Assembly: GCA_963804165.1 (NCBI GenBank)
Contig: CAWDPO010000001.1
Coordinates: 96,001 to 160,000, forward strand
DNA length: 64,000 bases
Direction: 5' to 3'
Origin: an uncultured delta proteobacterium
GTDB lineage: Bacteria > Desulfobacterota > Binatia > UBA9968
The translations under genes and the position numbers were made by a program. Of the stretch, positions 19,560 to 30,089 are shown in pieces. The notes under the pieces were generated by a model. The model saw only the letters and a program-made list of their open reading frames with translations. It ran no database searches and was not told where the DNA came from. Position 1 is the first letter of the stretch. Each line of letters starts with the position of its first letter.

Positions 19560-21620
19560 CTAGTTGGTGCGAGCGATGCCTAACTTTTTCATTCTCGACT
19601 GCAGCGTGGTTCGCTTTATGCCGAGCCGGACCGCGGCGCCCGTAGGTCCGCCGATGGTCCAGTTCGTTTCGGAGAGGGCGCGCATGATGTGGTCTCGTTC
19701 GGCGTGCTCCAGCGTCGCGAGACCGTTTGAAGATTCGAACACTGGGGTTTTCGTTCTTTGCTTTAACTCCGCCAGAGGAAACTGGAGCTCCGTACCGCGG
19801 GATAGAATCACCGCGCGCTCGATGAAGTTTTCGAGCTCGCGCACATTGCCGGGCCAGTGATATTCCGTCAGGGCGCTCATTGCCTTTGTCGGTATCGTAT
19901 CTATCGGCTTTTTCATCCGGCGCGCGTGCTTCTGCGCGAAATACCGCACCAGCAGCGGAATATCTTGCCTCCGCTCCCGTAGCGTCGGCAGGACGATCGG
20001 AAAAACGTTGAGCCGGTAGTAGAGGTCCCTGCGAAATTGATTCTCGGCCACCTTTTGCGCCAGATCGGCGTTGGTGGCGGCGACTAAACGAACGTCTACC
20101 CGGATCGTCCGCGCGCTACCGAGACGTTCGAATTCCTGCTCTTGCAGCACGCGGAGAAGCTTGGGCTGGAGGTCGAGGGAGATGTCGCCGACTTCGTCGA
20201 GGAAGAGCGTGCCTCGGTGCGCGAGCTCGAATCGCCCTTGGCGCTGGGCAATAGCCCCAGTAAAGGCACCCTTTTCGTGTCCGAATAGCTCGCTTTCGAG
20301 CAGGCCCGTCGGAATCGCAGCGCAGTTTACCTTGACCAGCGTGCGCTCGCGTCGGGCGCTCAAATGATGTATGGCGCGCGCGATCAATTCCTTGCCGGTG
20401 CCGGTCTCGCCCAAGATGAGAATCGTCGAATCGGTGGGCGCCACGGTCTGCAATTCTTTAAGAATCCCCTTCAACACGGGACTTTCACCGACGATCTCTT
20501 CAAAGTTGTACTCGGTGCGAATCTCATCTTGCAGGTAGAGCTTTTCTTCGCTCAGTTGATTGGCCCGCTCCACTTCCCTGCGATAGGCGAGCGAATTTTC
20601 GACCGCGATGGCGATCTGATTGGCGACGTTTCGCAGCAGTTCGGCATCGCGTTCCGGAAAATTCTCCTCGTGCAGACTGGCCACAACGAGCGTACCCAAA
20701 GGTCGGCCGTGAGAAATCAGGGGCAAGACGTAGCCCGACTTCAGCCCTTCGGCGAGGATACGCCGGGCAATGTCGGAGCCAAATTGTTCAATGTCGCTAC
20801 GGGTGATGAAAACCGGCCGACGCGTGGTCAAGGCCCGACCGGTCGGTGTCCCCTCGATGGGCACCGAAAGACCCTCTTGAATAAGCCCCTTGCTGATCGG
20901 GAAGTCTAAGGCGTGAATTTGCAGCCGCTGTGTTTCCGGATCGAAAAGAGACAGGCTGGCGTATTCATGTGGCACCAAGCGTCGCAGCGAGCCTGACACG
21001 GCGTTCAGCAACTCGTGCAAATCGAGCACCGAGACGATGGTATTATTTACTTCAAGCAGTATATTCAGACGGTCGCGTTCTTCCTTGAGTTGCTGCTGCA
21101 CCGATTGGGCTTCGGCAAAATTAAGCGCGTTATCCAAAGCGACCGCGACTTGCCGAGCTACCTGCTGCAGGAAGATGACGTCAATCTCAGAATAGGCTCC
21201 TTCAAGTCGGCTGCCGAAAGCCAGGGCTCCGAGTTTCCTGAGCGCTGTGGTCACTGGAACGACGCAGAGCGACGATACCCCGCGGCTGCATAGCCACTGC
21301 GCCACCTCAGGAAACCGCGTCTCGCTGCTAAGCTTTGCCGCCACCCACGGTTTTTGCGTATCCCGCACCCAACCGCCCGGGGTTTCCATCGGACAATCGC
21401 CGGGCGGACAAGTATACGCCGGGTCCGGCGTCTCCAGAACATGGGATTTCATCACCTGCCGCGTCGGTTCGTAGAGAATCAGATTGGCAAAGTCGAACTG
21501 CACGACATGATGCAGCCGCGGCGCAAGGTCTTTGAAGAGCTGGTCGAGATCGCGTTGCGACGCGATTCTTTCGGAAATTTCGAGCAAAGTTTGGAATTGG
21601 CTGTGCAAAAGATCCATCAT
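19560..21620 (-). CDS. FhlA-like sigma54-dependent activator (GAF-GAF-AAA+-HTH)
   Basis: Two GAF domains, [51 protein letters not shown]; ORF extends to 21755, probable start 21620. Confidence 0.93.
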   Translation of the reverse strand: MMDLLHSQFQTLLEISERIASQRDLDQLFKDLAPRLHHVVQFDFANLILYEPTRQVMKSHVLETPDPAYTCPPGDCPMETPGGWVRDTQKPWVAAKLSSETRFPEVAQWLCSRGVSSLCVVPVTTALRKLGALAFGSRLEGAYSEIDVIFLQQVARQVAVALDNALNFAEAQSVQQQLKEERDRLNILLEVNNTIVSVLDLHELLNAVSGSLRRLVPHEYASLSLFDPETQRLQIHALDFPISKGLIQEGLSVPIEGTPTGRALTTRRPVFITRSDIEQFGSDIARRILAEGLKSGYVLPLISHGRPLGTLVVASLHEENFPERDAELLRNVANQIAIAVENSLAYRREVERANQLSEEKLYLQDEIRTEYNFEEIVGESPVLKGILKELQTVAPTDSTILILGETGTGKELIARAIHHLSARRERTLVKVNCAAIPTGLLESELFGHEKGAFTGAIAQRQGRFELAHRGTLFLDEVGDISLDLQPKLLRVLQEQEFERLGSARTIRVDVRLVAATNADLAQKVAENQFRRDLYYRLNVFPIVLPTLRERRQDIPLLVRYFAQKHARRMKKPIDTIPTKAMSALTEYHWPGNVRELENFIERAVILSRGTELQFPLAELKQRTKTPVFESSNGLATLEHAERDHIMRALSETNWTIGGPTGAAVRLGIKRTTLQSRMKKLGIARTN

Positions 21621-21978
21621 TTGGCACTCGCGGGAACTGAATTCTACGCGCCTAAGAGTATACGGCGACCGGCGCCGGATCAAGACGTCGGGCTCGATGA
21701 CCCCGTCAGATCGTCGCGACAGTTTGACCCATTCAAGGTCAATCATGGAAAACAATAATTCAGAAAAATTCTGGCAGTGGATTGCTCGTTCGAGTAATAT
21801 TTCATTGCGACATTCTTGCGTGGTTGAATGACACCTTGGGAGAACACCAGTATTTGATTTTGGTTGCGGGGCACCTTTGATCCTCCTCTGATTGGGCAGT
21901 CAGATTTAGAAGATCTTTCTCTCCAGCAGCTCGCCTCCGTTCCTTAAAAAAATCTGCAAACGTCGCAGGCTAGGAGTT

Positions 21979-23112
21979 ATGTTGAGATACCTGCGAATAT
22001 TGATCGTTATTGGCAGCCTCTGTCCGGGGCTGGCATGGGCCCAAACGCCGTGGTCAGATGTGCCTACAGACATCTTTCGCCCGACGAGCTTTTCACCGGA
22101 CAGTAACGACTATATGGAAGGGCTTCGCAAGGAATTCGACCCGCCGCTTATTAAACAAGCGTTTGCCCTCGATTTGGGCCCAAAAATCATTGAGCTGAAA
22201 GCGCTCTATATGGAGAGGCGCGAAGGTAGCAGTGCTCTGGCCGACTCTTTAAACGACCCGAACACATCCAAATGGGGGCGCTACTTCAACGTGCTCGCCA
22301 GCGGATCTCACTTCGACGGCAGATTGGTCGGCGAGGGCGAGCTGGCGTATAGCAGCCTCGGTAATCTGACTTTCAATGACCAGCGACCGATGATGTCACG
22401 ACTCATGCTCAGGGGGAATTTTGGCAATACCACTTTAGGCGCACTGCACCGAACCTTCGGAAGCGGTTTCATCCCGTTGAACGGCCCCGCAATTGACTAT
22501 GATCGCACGGAAAGCCAAATGTGGGGTGAATATAATTTTGGACTTTTTCGCTTAAAAGCAAGCGCCGGCCAGTTATGGGAAAGAAATGCCGTGACTAATG
22601 AATTCGCCTTAACAAAAACTGCCGCGACTTTCTTCAACCTGAGCCGACCGGGGTGGAACACAATCTTGTCATCAAGTTACTCGGTCATAGGCCGCGGCGA
22701 AGACGCCAGTCAGAAAAGCCTTGCCTTCGCTAATAGGGTATCCATCGCCTATCGTCCGCTCGCGATACTGACGATCGAACCCATACTAAATTTCAGTCAA
22801 GAATGGGACCGAGCGACCGGTTTTAAAACCGACACGCCGTCGGGAGGACTATCGCTGAATTGTAGTCCTTTTCTAAACGTACAGTTGACCGGACGCGCTG
22901 CATACGCCAAAGGCATGAGCGAGGATCCGCTGCGAGACACTTCGACCGTGAACACAGCGGCGATCGTGAATTGGAAAATCGGCAACTCCCCCTTTGGTGA
23001 ACAGTCTTTGTCGTTTCAAGTTGAATACCAAAACACGCTTCACTCCAATCCTGCGACTAAATTGCCGCCTGCTGTTACGGGCCTGGTTCAATTCAGGATG
23101 GCCGGTTTCTGA
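21979..23112 (+). CDS. Exported protein, probable outer-membrane beta-barrel
   Basis: Signal peptide (AWA-Q), alternating amphipathic strands, terminal Phe; AGGAG RBS. Confidence 0.65.
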   Translation: MLRYLRILIVIGSLCPGLAWAQTPWSDVPTDIFRPTSFSPDSNDYMEGLRKEFDPPLIKQAFALDLGPKIIELKALYMERREGSSALADSLNDPNTSKWGRYFNVLASGSHFDGRLVGEGELAYSSLGNLTFNDQRPMMSRLMLRGNFGNTTLGALHRTFGSGFIPLNGPAIDYDRTESQMWGEYNFGLFRLKASAGQLWERNAVTNEFALTKTAATFFNLSRPGWNTILSSSYSVIGRGEDASQKSLAFANRVSIAYRPLAILTIEPILNFSQEWDRATGFKTDTPSGGLSLNCSPFLNVQLTGRAAYAKGMSEDPLRDTSTVNTAAIVNWKIGNSPFGEQSLSFQVEYQNTLHSNPATKLPPAVTGLVQFRMAGF

Positions 23113-23229
23113 TCAGGCGACTCTCTCGACTGCCGCCAGTTGCATCGCCAAACTTCCGACTGATCCAGACGCTGCTAGTATTCTGATATTCTGACCCAGA
23201 AGTTTGTTGAATAAGTCATTGGTCTTGCC

Positions 23230-23461
23230 GTCATGCCGGCGCAGGGCGGCAGGGTATCCATATGTCTTTGAAATTTCTGGATTCCGGGTCGCGCTAGCTA
23301 ACGCCAGCTTGCCCGGAATGACGTTTGATTCATCTTGCGAACTTCTGGGACAGGACACTCCGGTTGCTGAGAAAGACCTCGCAATGCTTCGAGACTCTCA
23401 GCATGAATAGAAAATCATCGACGATTTCAATCTACTCCGTTCGTCCTGAGCCACGTCGAAG
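23230..23461. repeat. Two adjacent REP/MITE-like palindromic elements
   Basis: GTCATGCCGG...CCGGAATGAC (23230-23322) and CTTCGAGACTCTCAGCATGAA...TTCGTCCTGAGCCACGTCGAAG (23387-23461), imperfect inverted repeats between convergent genes. Confidence 0.55.
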
Positions 23462-23516
23462 GACTCCGAGAGGGTTTTCCAGCAGCGTGCCAATTCCGCC
23501 GCGAGGAGCTTCGTTC

Positions 23517-23717
23517 TCATGTGGATTTAAGAACCGAACCCTTTTTCAGCCGTACTCGTCGCGACACTATCAAATCATTCAAAATGTAGGACACCAAGAT
23601 GTCAGCGTTCGCTGTGTTCTTCGCCAACGGATATACCGCATCGGACACCGCTACAATTAGATCACCTAAGGTCGTGTTTATGTGTTTTCTTCCATGCATG
23701 CTCACTATCTCCTTCAT
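23517..23717 (-). CDS. Small hypothetical protein
   Basis: TTLGDLIVAVSD...LVSYILNDL; has its own sigma54 promoter; start may be the second Met. Confidence 0.6.
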   Translation of the reverse strand: MKEIVSMHGRKHINTTLGDLIVAVSDAVYPLAKNTANADILVSYILNDLIVSRRVRLKKGSVLKST

Positions 23718-23767
23718 TCACTTGGCTGACGTCAAAATTTTCAATACTCGTCGAGGCCCTTAAAGAC

Positions 23768-23783
23768 AGCAAGGGCTATGCCA
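23768..23783 (-). promoter_or_regulatory. Sigma54 promoter
   Basis: TGGCAT-AGCCC-TTGCT. Confidence 0.8.
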
Positions 23784-24260
23784 CGAGAAAAACTCACGCA
23801 TTATCCTGAAATTATTTTGAACGGCGCGAATTCGACGACCCGAACGATACTGCGAAGACCGACAAAGCGCATGATTTTTTCTTACAAACCCGCGAGGATT
23901 TTGCTCTCGGAAATAATTTTCATACAGTACGAGTCGAAATCTAAAGTCAGTAAATCGCGCGAGCTGATGATAATGTTCCTGAAGCGCCCGTGGTGTCTCC
24001 CGTACCAAGTAAAGCCAGCTTCGTGGTGACGGCGCGACTGTTTGCTTGCCCCTCTCCGAGCAAATTCACGAGATAGACTAGCGCTGCGAAAACGCGCGCG
24101 TTCCGGATCTACGGCGTAAACGCGGTTTAGACAGCTGCCATCCCATCTTCGTCTGATTTTTCCTAATTGGAGATGTCGACAATTCCTGACAAATATCTTG
24201 AAGATCGTCCCTCTGTCTTCTAAGTTCTTAGAAGCATGGGATTATGTATCGACCTAGGTT

Positions 24261-24276
24261 TGGCACGGGCTTTGTA
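24261..24276 (+). promoter_or_regulatory. Sigma54 promoter with TGTC-N10-GACA site upstream (24174-24191)
   Basis: TGGCAC-GGGCT-TTGTA on plus strand. Confidence 0.65.
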
Positions 24277-24291
24277 CTTGTTGTTCCGTGT

Positions 24292-24528
24292 GTGCAATTG
24301 ATTTCGTACGTCGACGACCGGACGATCACGACTTCTGTGAAAGCCAAACTGACCGCGAATAAAGTCGCGAATTTCACGCGGGTGGATGTCGACACGACAA
24401 ACAAAGGCGTCGCGCTCAACGGCATCGTCGAGTCCTCTGCCCAAAAAGCACGCGCGGAGGAACTCGCAATGCAAGTGAGCGGTGTTCGCAAAGTGGATAA
24501 CAATCTGCAAGTCCAGGCGCGCAACTGA
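24292..24528 (+). pseudogene. BON (OsmY-like) domain protein, apparently lacking its N-terminal signal region
   Basis: VDDRTITTSVKAKL...VDVDT...VALNGIV...GVRKVDNNLQV; domain begins ~35 bp after the promoter with no RBS or signal peptide. Confidence 0.65.
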
Positions 24529-24606
24529 TAATCGTTTAGCGGCCGAGAGTCCTAAACTAAGCCGTAATTAAGCGATGATCAGCGAGCGCAGAAGGATGAT
24601 AGGACG

Positions 24607-24870
24607 ATGAAATCCAATAACGAGCTCGGCATATTTTACATGGTAGTCGGTATCGGCTTAGGCCTGATCGCGGGGCTTTTGTGCGCGCCGCGCCCGGGGC
24701 GAGAAACGCGAGATGAGCTTCGCCGCGGCGCGCTCGACGGCTTGGATTATGTGAGTGAAGAAGCGACCAAGGCTCGTGAGGGCGCCAATCGGTGGATCGG
24801 GAAAGTAAAGAATAACCTGTTTCACCGGCGGGATTCGGGCGCGGAATCCGCTGCCGGACCCTCGCTCTAA
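24607..24870 (+). CDS. YtxH-domain protein
   Basis: GIGLGLIAGLLCAPRPGRETR. Confidence 0.85.
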   Translation: MKSNNELGIFYMVVGIGLGLIAGLLCAPRPGRETRDELRRGALDGLDYVSEEATKAREGANRWIGKVKNNLFHRRDSGAESAAGPSL

Positions 24871-24965
24871 TAAACTCACAGACAACTTTTTTTCTAATCG
24901 AGTGCGTGCGCCTCGCGCCAGTATGGGACTCGACGTCTTGTCACGCGCGCCCGATAAACTACACC

Positions 24966-25115
24966 ATGCTCTTGACGATCTTTTTCATCATCATAATCCT
25001 GTGGTTGGCTGGAGTCGTCATGGCGTACACGCTGGGAGGATTGATTCATCTTCTGTTGCTTTTGGGTGTGATTATTTTGTTCATTGAATATCTCGAGCGA
25101 CGCAAAGTGATATAG
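24966..25115 (+). CDS. lmo0937/DUF5670-like small membrane protein
   Basis: MLLTIFFIIIILWLAG...LGGLIHLLLL. Confidence 0.8.
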   Translation: MLLTIFFIIIILWLAGVVMAYTLGGLIHLLLLLGVIILFIEYLERRKVI

Positions 25116-25142
25116 AATAAATCTACCAGACAGTGTCCCCCG

Positions 25143-25563
25143 CTACGTGTCCGAAGTCTTCTGCTCATCCGCCGTATCCGATTTTGCAGTCTGAGCTCGT
25201 TCCTTTTCTTTGTAGAAACCGATGTTTCGGACTTTTAAAATAGCCAACAGTTCGGGGCGCTCGACCACGTCTTTGCTCAAAAGCAATTTCGCCAACTCTT
25301 TAAGGGCTTGGCGATGCGACGCCAGTGCGTCGCGCACCTTGTTGTGCGCGTCCACCAGTAATTTCTTTGATTTCGCCGTGGATGGCTTTTTCACCGACAA
25401 CGAGATTGGCGACCAAGCCCGTTTTAACCAACGCTTTGAACTGGCTGTAATTGATGGTTTCGATCTGCGGCGACGCGAGATAGGTCTGCAGGAGAAAAAG
25501 TAGGAGCAACGCGACGAAGAAATAGCCGATGGAAAACTGCTGGCGCCATTTGTCCATGGACAC
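25143..25563 (-). pseudogene. ftsH: FtsH remnant: N-terminus fused to extreme C-terminus
   Basis: TM + INYSQFK (FtsH extracellular region) joined at GAAATCAA to KKLLVDAHNKVRDAL...LAKLLLSKDVV (M41 C-terminus); AAA and HEXXH regions absent. Confidence 0.8.
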
Positions 25564-25755
25564 CCCCCGATACCGGGAAGTCTAACACCGGTTACTTAGC
25601 ACTTCGATATAACGTAAGCGTGCAAGACGAAAAAAAATCGGAATGGGTTGCTGCACTCCCGCTCTGTAACAGATCAACACAAAGCCGCGTGTTTGCTGTT
25701 TTCCGGCCCGACCACCGAATTCGCTGTAGCTCATTTCGCAAGAGGTATATCGCAC

Positions 25756-26625
25756 TCATTTCTTGTTCTTCGACCGTACGGATTTTGCTCCGCGTCGCGA
25801 TCTCTTAATTGCGCTCGGCGTTGTTGCTCGGATTACGTCTGCACCGGCTTTAGAAGCCTCCGACATAAAATTGCGAAAGTCTGACGCGGATGAAAATTCG
25901 GCATCGGCAATCAAGTACTCACGATAAAGGCTCCCGCCATCGGGCGCGACTGGAACCATGTCACGGTGAAGCAGCTTACCCTTCTTAAGGATTTCGACTT
26001 GGCTGCCGCCCGACTCAGCACTGGCCGGCGCGGAAGCACTTGGCTCCTGGCTCCGCCCAGTCATCAGATTAATAATCCGCTGTGATAAGTTGATCGGACT
26101 GCTCGTCACTCCCGGCTCTCGTTGGGTGTCCTTCTTCGTGCCCAGTGCAATGCTAAAATAGCCGTCATCGTCCGTTGTAGCGGAAAGCGCTGTGGCCCGG
26201 CCAGTCTTGCTGCCCGTAACGCGCACGGTCAAGCCCCCGAGCGGCACCAAATCGGTATTGGAAACAAAGCCGTGAAAGACTTCGTCGTTGCTGGCGACTG
26301 CGACGAGCGCACGCTGGATTCGCACTTGGCCGCGCCGGGCTGTGCTCCGCAGGAGATCGGCGTGATCAATCGATGTCTGCAAGGCAGCGACTCGCGGGTC
26401 TTTCTCGTCGCCGGACTTCAGCACCCTCTCGTGCTCGCGTCGCTGCGAAGCGGTAAAAGCATCGGACAGAATACTCATCAACCCAGCCAGCTCAACACCG
26501 GTACCCAGCGCCGCTTGACCCGCTGCATCCATGGGCGCTTCGATGAATTGCCGGCGCAGGTTTTCGGTTGACTGCGTGTCGGCAAAAAACTCAGGAAATC
26601 CTGTCTTTCGGGATTGGGTTGCCAT
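25756..26625 (-). CDS. Hypothetical eCIS-terminal protein (helical N-terminus, then carboxypeptidase-regulatory/transthyretin-like beta domain)
   Basis: HGFVSN...PLGGLTVRV...ATTDDDGYFSI; AAGGAG RBS; last gene of the operon. Confidence 0.7.
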   Translation of the reverse strand: MATQSRKTGFPEFFADTQSTENLRRQFIEAPMDAAGQAALGTGVELAGLMSILSDAFTASQRREHERVLKSGDEKDPRVAALQTSIDHADLLRSTARRGQVRIQRALVAVASNDEVFHGFVSNTDLVPLGGLTVRVTGSKTGRATALSATTDDDGYFSIALGTKKDTQREPGVTSSPINLSQRIINLMTGRSQEPSASAPASAESGGSQVEILKKGKLLHRDMVPVAPDGGSLYREYLIADAEFSSASDFRNFMSEASKAGADVIRATTPSAIKRSRRGAKSVRSKNKK

Positions 26626-26655
26626 GATACATGCTCCTTAAGATTGTCGGTGCAG

Positions 26656-29600
26656 TTAATCGTTTCCGAATCGGCCGCATTCCCCAGGACAGAACGCAGT
26701 CACCAGGGACAGGTTGTCTCTGAAAACACGCATGCCCGGTAGTAGGGCTTGCGCCATCAGACAGTGTGTCGCCTGGTTGTCGGTTGTTGTGTTCATACCA
26801 GCAACCGACAGAGCCGAGAACCCAGCATGCATCCAGGTCTCTGAAAAACGGTCGTCAGCCACGCGCACGCTGCCGCCCAGCAAAACTGCATCAGAGTAGA
26901 AGAACACGTTGGTCGTAGTAATCTCACACTGGTTGTCGGTCATGCCAAGGTCGTCGAGGGTAAAGACCAAAATCGAGCTGATTCCAAAGCCAAAAGGTTC
27001 GTCGATGAGATCGAGAGTGATCTGATTTTCCGTGAGCAGCGTTTTACCCGTCGCCCATTGGGATACCACCGGCGGCCAAAAAGACGGCGGTTTGCTCGGA
27101 TTGATCAGGCCAAACGACTTGGCAAGCTGACAGTACGATCCTGCAGGTAGTGCCATACCACCGACCGGGCCCTGAACCAACACGGCCAGCAAGCCGAGCG
27201 TCCATTCATTGCTGACGCCGAAGTTGCCGATCAGAACTGATGCCGCAAGCAAATCCAGGCCACGGCCGGTAGTGCCCTGGCTCACGAGACGGTTACGAGC
27301 CACCACCACTTGGTCCAAGCGCGAACAATGTGACGGCGCGGCCAAGCGGCGCGACAATGATATTGTCGCGTATCGAGCAGGCTGGAATTCCGTTGCGCAC
27401 TGAACGTCTGCTGACGTGCGTCAATGCATTCGAGCTTGACGCCGTCTCGATGACGGGCAAAACGATCCAGATGTGCACCCCGCCGCGCACTCCGTTCTGC
27501 GCGTTCGAAGATGTTGCTGCCTCCGTACGCGCTCCGTTGTTGAGTATGCGATTGTCGTCGAGTTGCAATCCCTCCACTACGATTGCAAAAACCCCGCAGA
27601 TAGGTTGAAGGTGGCTGGTGCCGTTGTTCACTATCTCGTTCCGAAGAATCCGTAGATCAATCACCTTCGCCAACGCAATGCCTCCGTATCCTACGAGAAA
27701 CTGCATGGCTTGACTAACCTGCGCCAAATCGCGCCGCATACACCGAGCAATCAAGTTGTCGGTCACGTGCAAACCATGCACGCCGATCATGTCGCCGCCG
27801 GTTGCGAGGTTGAAGAAGCGAACCACGCCAATACCGTTGATACCCATGTCGCTGATGTGATTATCGACAATCTCAATATCGTACAAGTCTCCCGCAGATT
27901 CAAAGCGAACATTTGTGCCGCCCGGATCGTCGTCGCCCAGATCAACGGGCCTGCACGGATCGCACGGATCTTCCGAGGTTGGTTTGTCGGGATTGTCGCC
28001 TGGATCGTTTGAACCAACGATCTGAATACTGCCCAACGTTACACCATTCCAGATGCCGCCTCGAATGATGTTGCGGACAATCCGAACCCGGTCGGAACCG
28101 CCTCCCAACTGAATGCCTCCACGAGTCGCGAAGCCGACTGTGACTGGATCCTGCGGCGTGTTGACGCCGGCCGGCGCAGCTACTGTGCCCAAAGCAGGGG
28201 GCACGGTCGGCTTTGGTGGTCCACCTTCACGCGGCAATACTTCGATTATGTTCGAGTCGATCAGCACATCGTCGCCGCGCGAAAAGATCGCTTGCCATAA
28301 AGTCGGCCGATCTCGCATCTGAATCAAACAACGCTGAACGGTGACGTGACGTGCATTACTGATTTGTACCGCGCTGCGTGGTCCCGACTCAATGGCCATG
28401 TCTTCAAGGGTTATGGCAGTCGAATTCGAAATCATGAATGCCGGTAGCGCCGTACCGTTCGCATCTACGGTGGCGCGAACCCTCGTCCTTGGCCCACAAC
28501 CGTGGATCTTTATCGCCACTCGCGCGTTGATAAGCACACTTTCGTTGTAAACACCTGCGAGTACACAAACCTCTCCCCCACTCGCCGGCAAAGCGTTTAT
28601 AGCGTCTTGAATCTTGGTGAAATTGCCATAACTGTGTGTGCCGTCACCAACGGTGAAAGTGCAGCAACCTTTTATGCGTGTAAGCGGCAAAAACGTAGGC
28701 CGGCAATCATCAAGTACTTCGACCGGCGCATCCGCGCTGGTCCAATGAATAATTCCCAGCGGCGCGATCCAACGTCTGATTCCGTGAGGCGACCGGCCGT
28801 GACTCAGCTCCCACGGAACGAATACGTTCGGTGTTTCCGGGCGCGCCGCGATGATCCAGAAATCGTTCGTTCGCAGGTTGGTACCGGCAAATGTAACCTG
28901 GATTCCGGTCTTCGCCAGAGAAACCGGCGTACCCGGCACGAAGTTGATCGCGGCAGGCGAAGCAGTGTCGCCGCCGCGGTTCCAAACGCGCATGTAGAAG
29001 TAGACCTCTTCCGGCGGATCTTCGTTGCTAATTGCCGTGTTGTCGCTACGAGCACTCCATCGTTGGCCAAAAGGCATAACGGGGGTTCCCGTATCGTTAC
29101 CCGGAGCCGTAACGATGTGTAGATCCTGCGTGTCAGGGTTGTAGCCACCGTCGACCTTTGCCATGAAGCCCGACAGCTCTGCGTTCTTCTGTCCATTAGA
29201 TAAGAGGGCAGACCACGGTAAGAGTTCTACGACCTGACCCTCGAGCGGATAGTGCGCCTGGTCTTTGGGCACGGTAAGCAGGTGTATGCGCCGCAAAGCT
29301 CCGGTGCTATCGGGCAGAAGTTTCACCCGATAAAGGGGCGCGCCATTATCGAATCCCCAGGTGAACTGATTAGCGCCGACAATTTGAACTCGGATCGCCT
29401 GGTTTTCTGCTCCCAAGATAACCACCGCTCACTGGCGGTGAGCAAAGATCGTCAGTGCCGGCTGTGCCGTCGGGCTCAACAGTGAGCGTCGCGTTGGGTA
29501 CCAACTCGAAGTCGCCATTGACGGTGCCTTCTGGGTTCAGCGAGGTCAGGAGCTGCGTCCAGGCAGCGGCGCAATCCACGTTGCCCACGTTTCTCAGCAC

Positions 29601-30078
29601 CCGGGCGCGGCGCATTGTGCGGATGCGCGCGGAAGTGTCGGCGCCTCCCAAAGCCGCTTCGAACAACTCTTTGTCTTCAACCGCCGACACCGGCTGCTGC
29701 CACACATCCAGCCAGACAAAGTCGAATTGCTGGGTCGTGGGCGCGGTTAGCGTCTCGCCCGGACGTGAACCCTGTTGTAACCAATCCTTCTGGAGGTTAA
29801 AGGGTTCGTCGCTCTCCAGTTCGAGACGAAGACCGCCGACGTAGAAGGTCCCGGCGCTCAATACCAGCTGACCAGCGACTGATTTTGAGACGGAATCCGT
29901 CGTCTGGGCTTCCGGCCGGGCCAATCACATCCACGCGCACACGACGCGCGTCTTCGGCATCGAGCCGCTCGGCCTCGTTGAAGTCGTCATCGGTCAGCAC
30001 CCGGCCTTGTTGCATGTGCACACGGTCGTAGTGTTTTCGGTCATCGGTTGCGTCTCGTGAGATGTCGATATTAGGCAT
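26656..30078 (-). CDS. DUF6519-domain / right-handed beta-helix protein (putative tail fibre), split by at least 3 frameshifts
   Basis: DISR...MQQGRVLTDDDFNE, GGYLGAENQ, DFWIIAARP, DDCRPTFLPLT, CCTFTVGDG, IQDAINALPASGGEVC, PbH1-like repeats; fragments 29797-30078, 29370-29924, 27293-29425, 26656-27357. Confidence 0.8.
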
Positions 30079-30089
30079 AAGTCCTCGAT

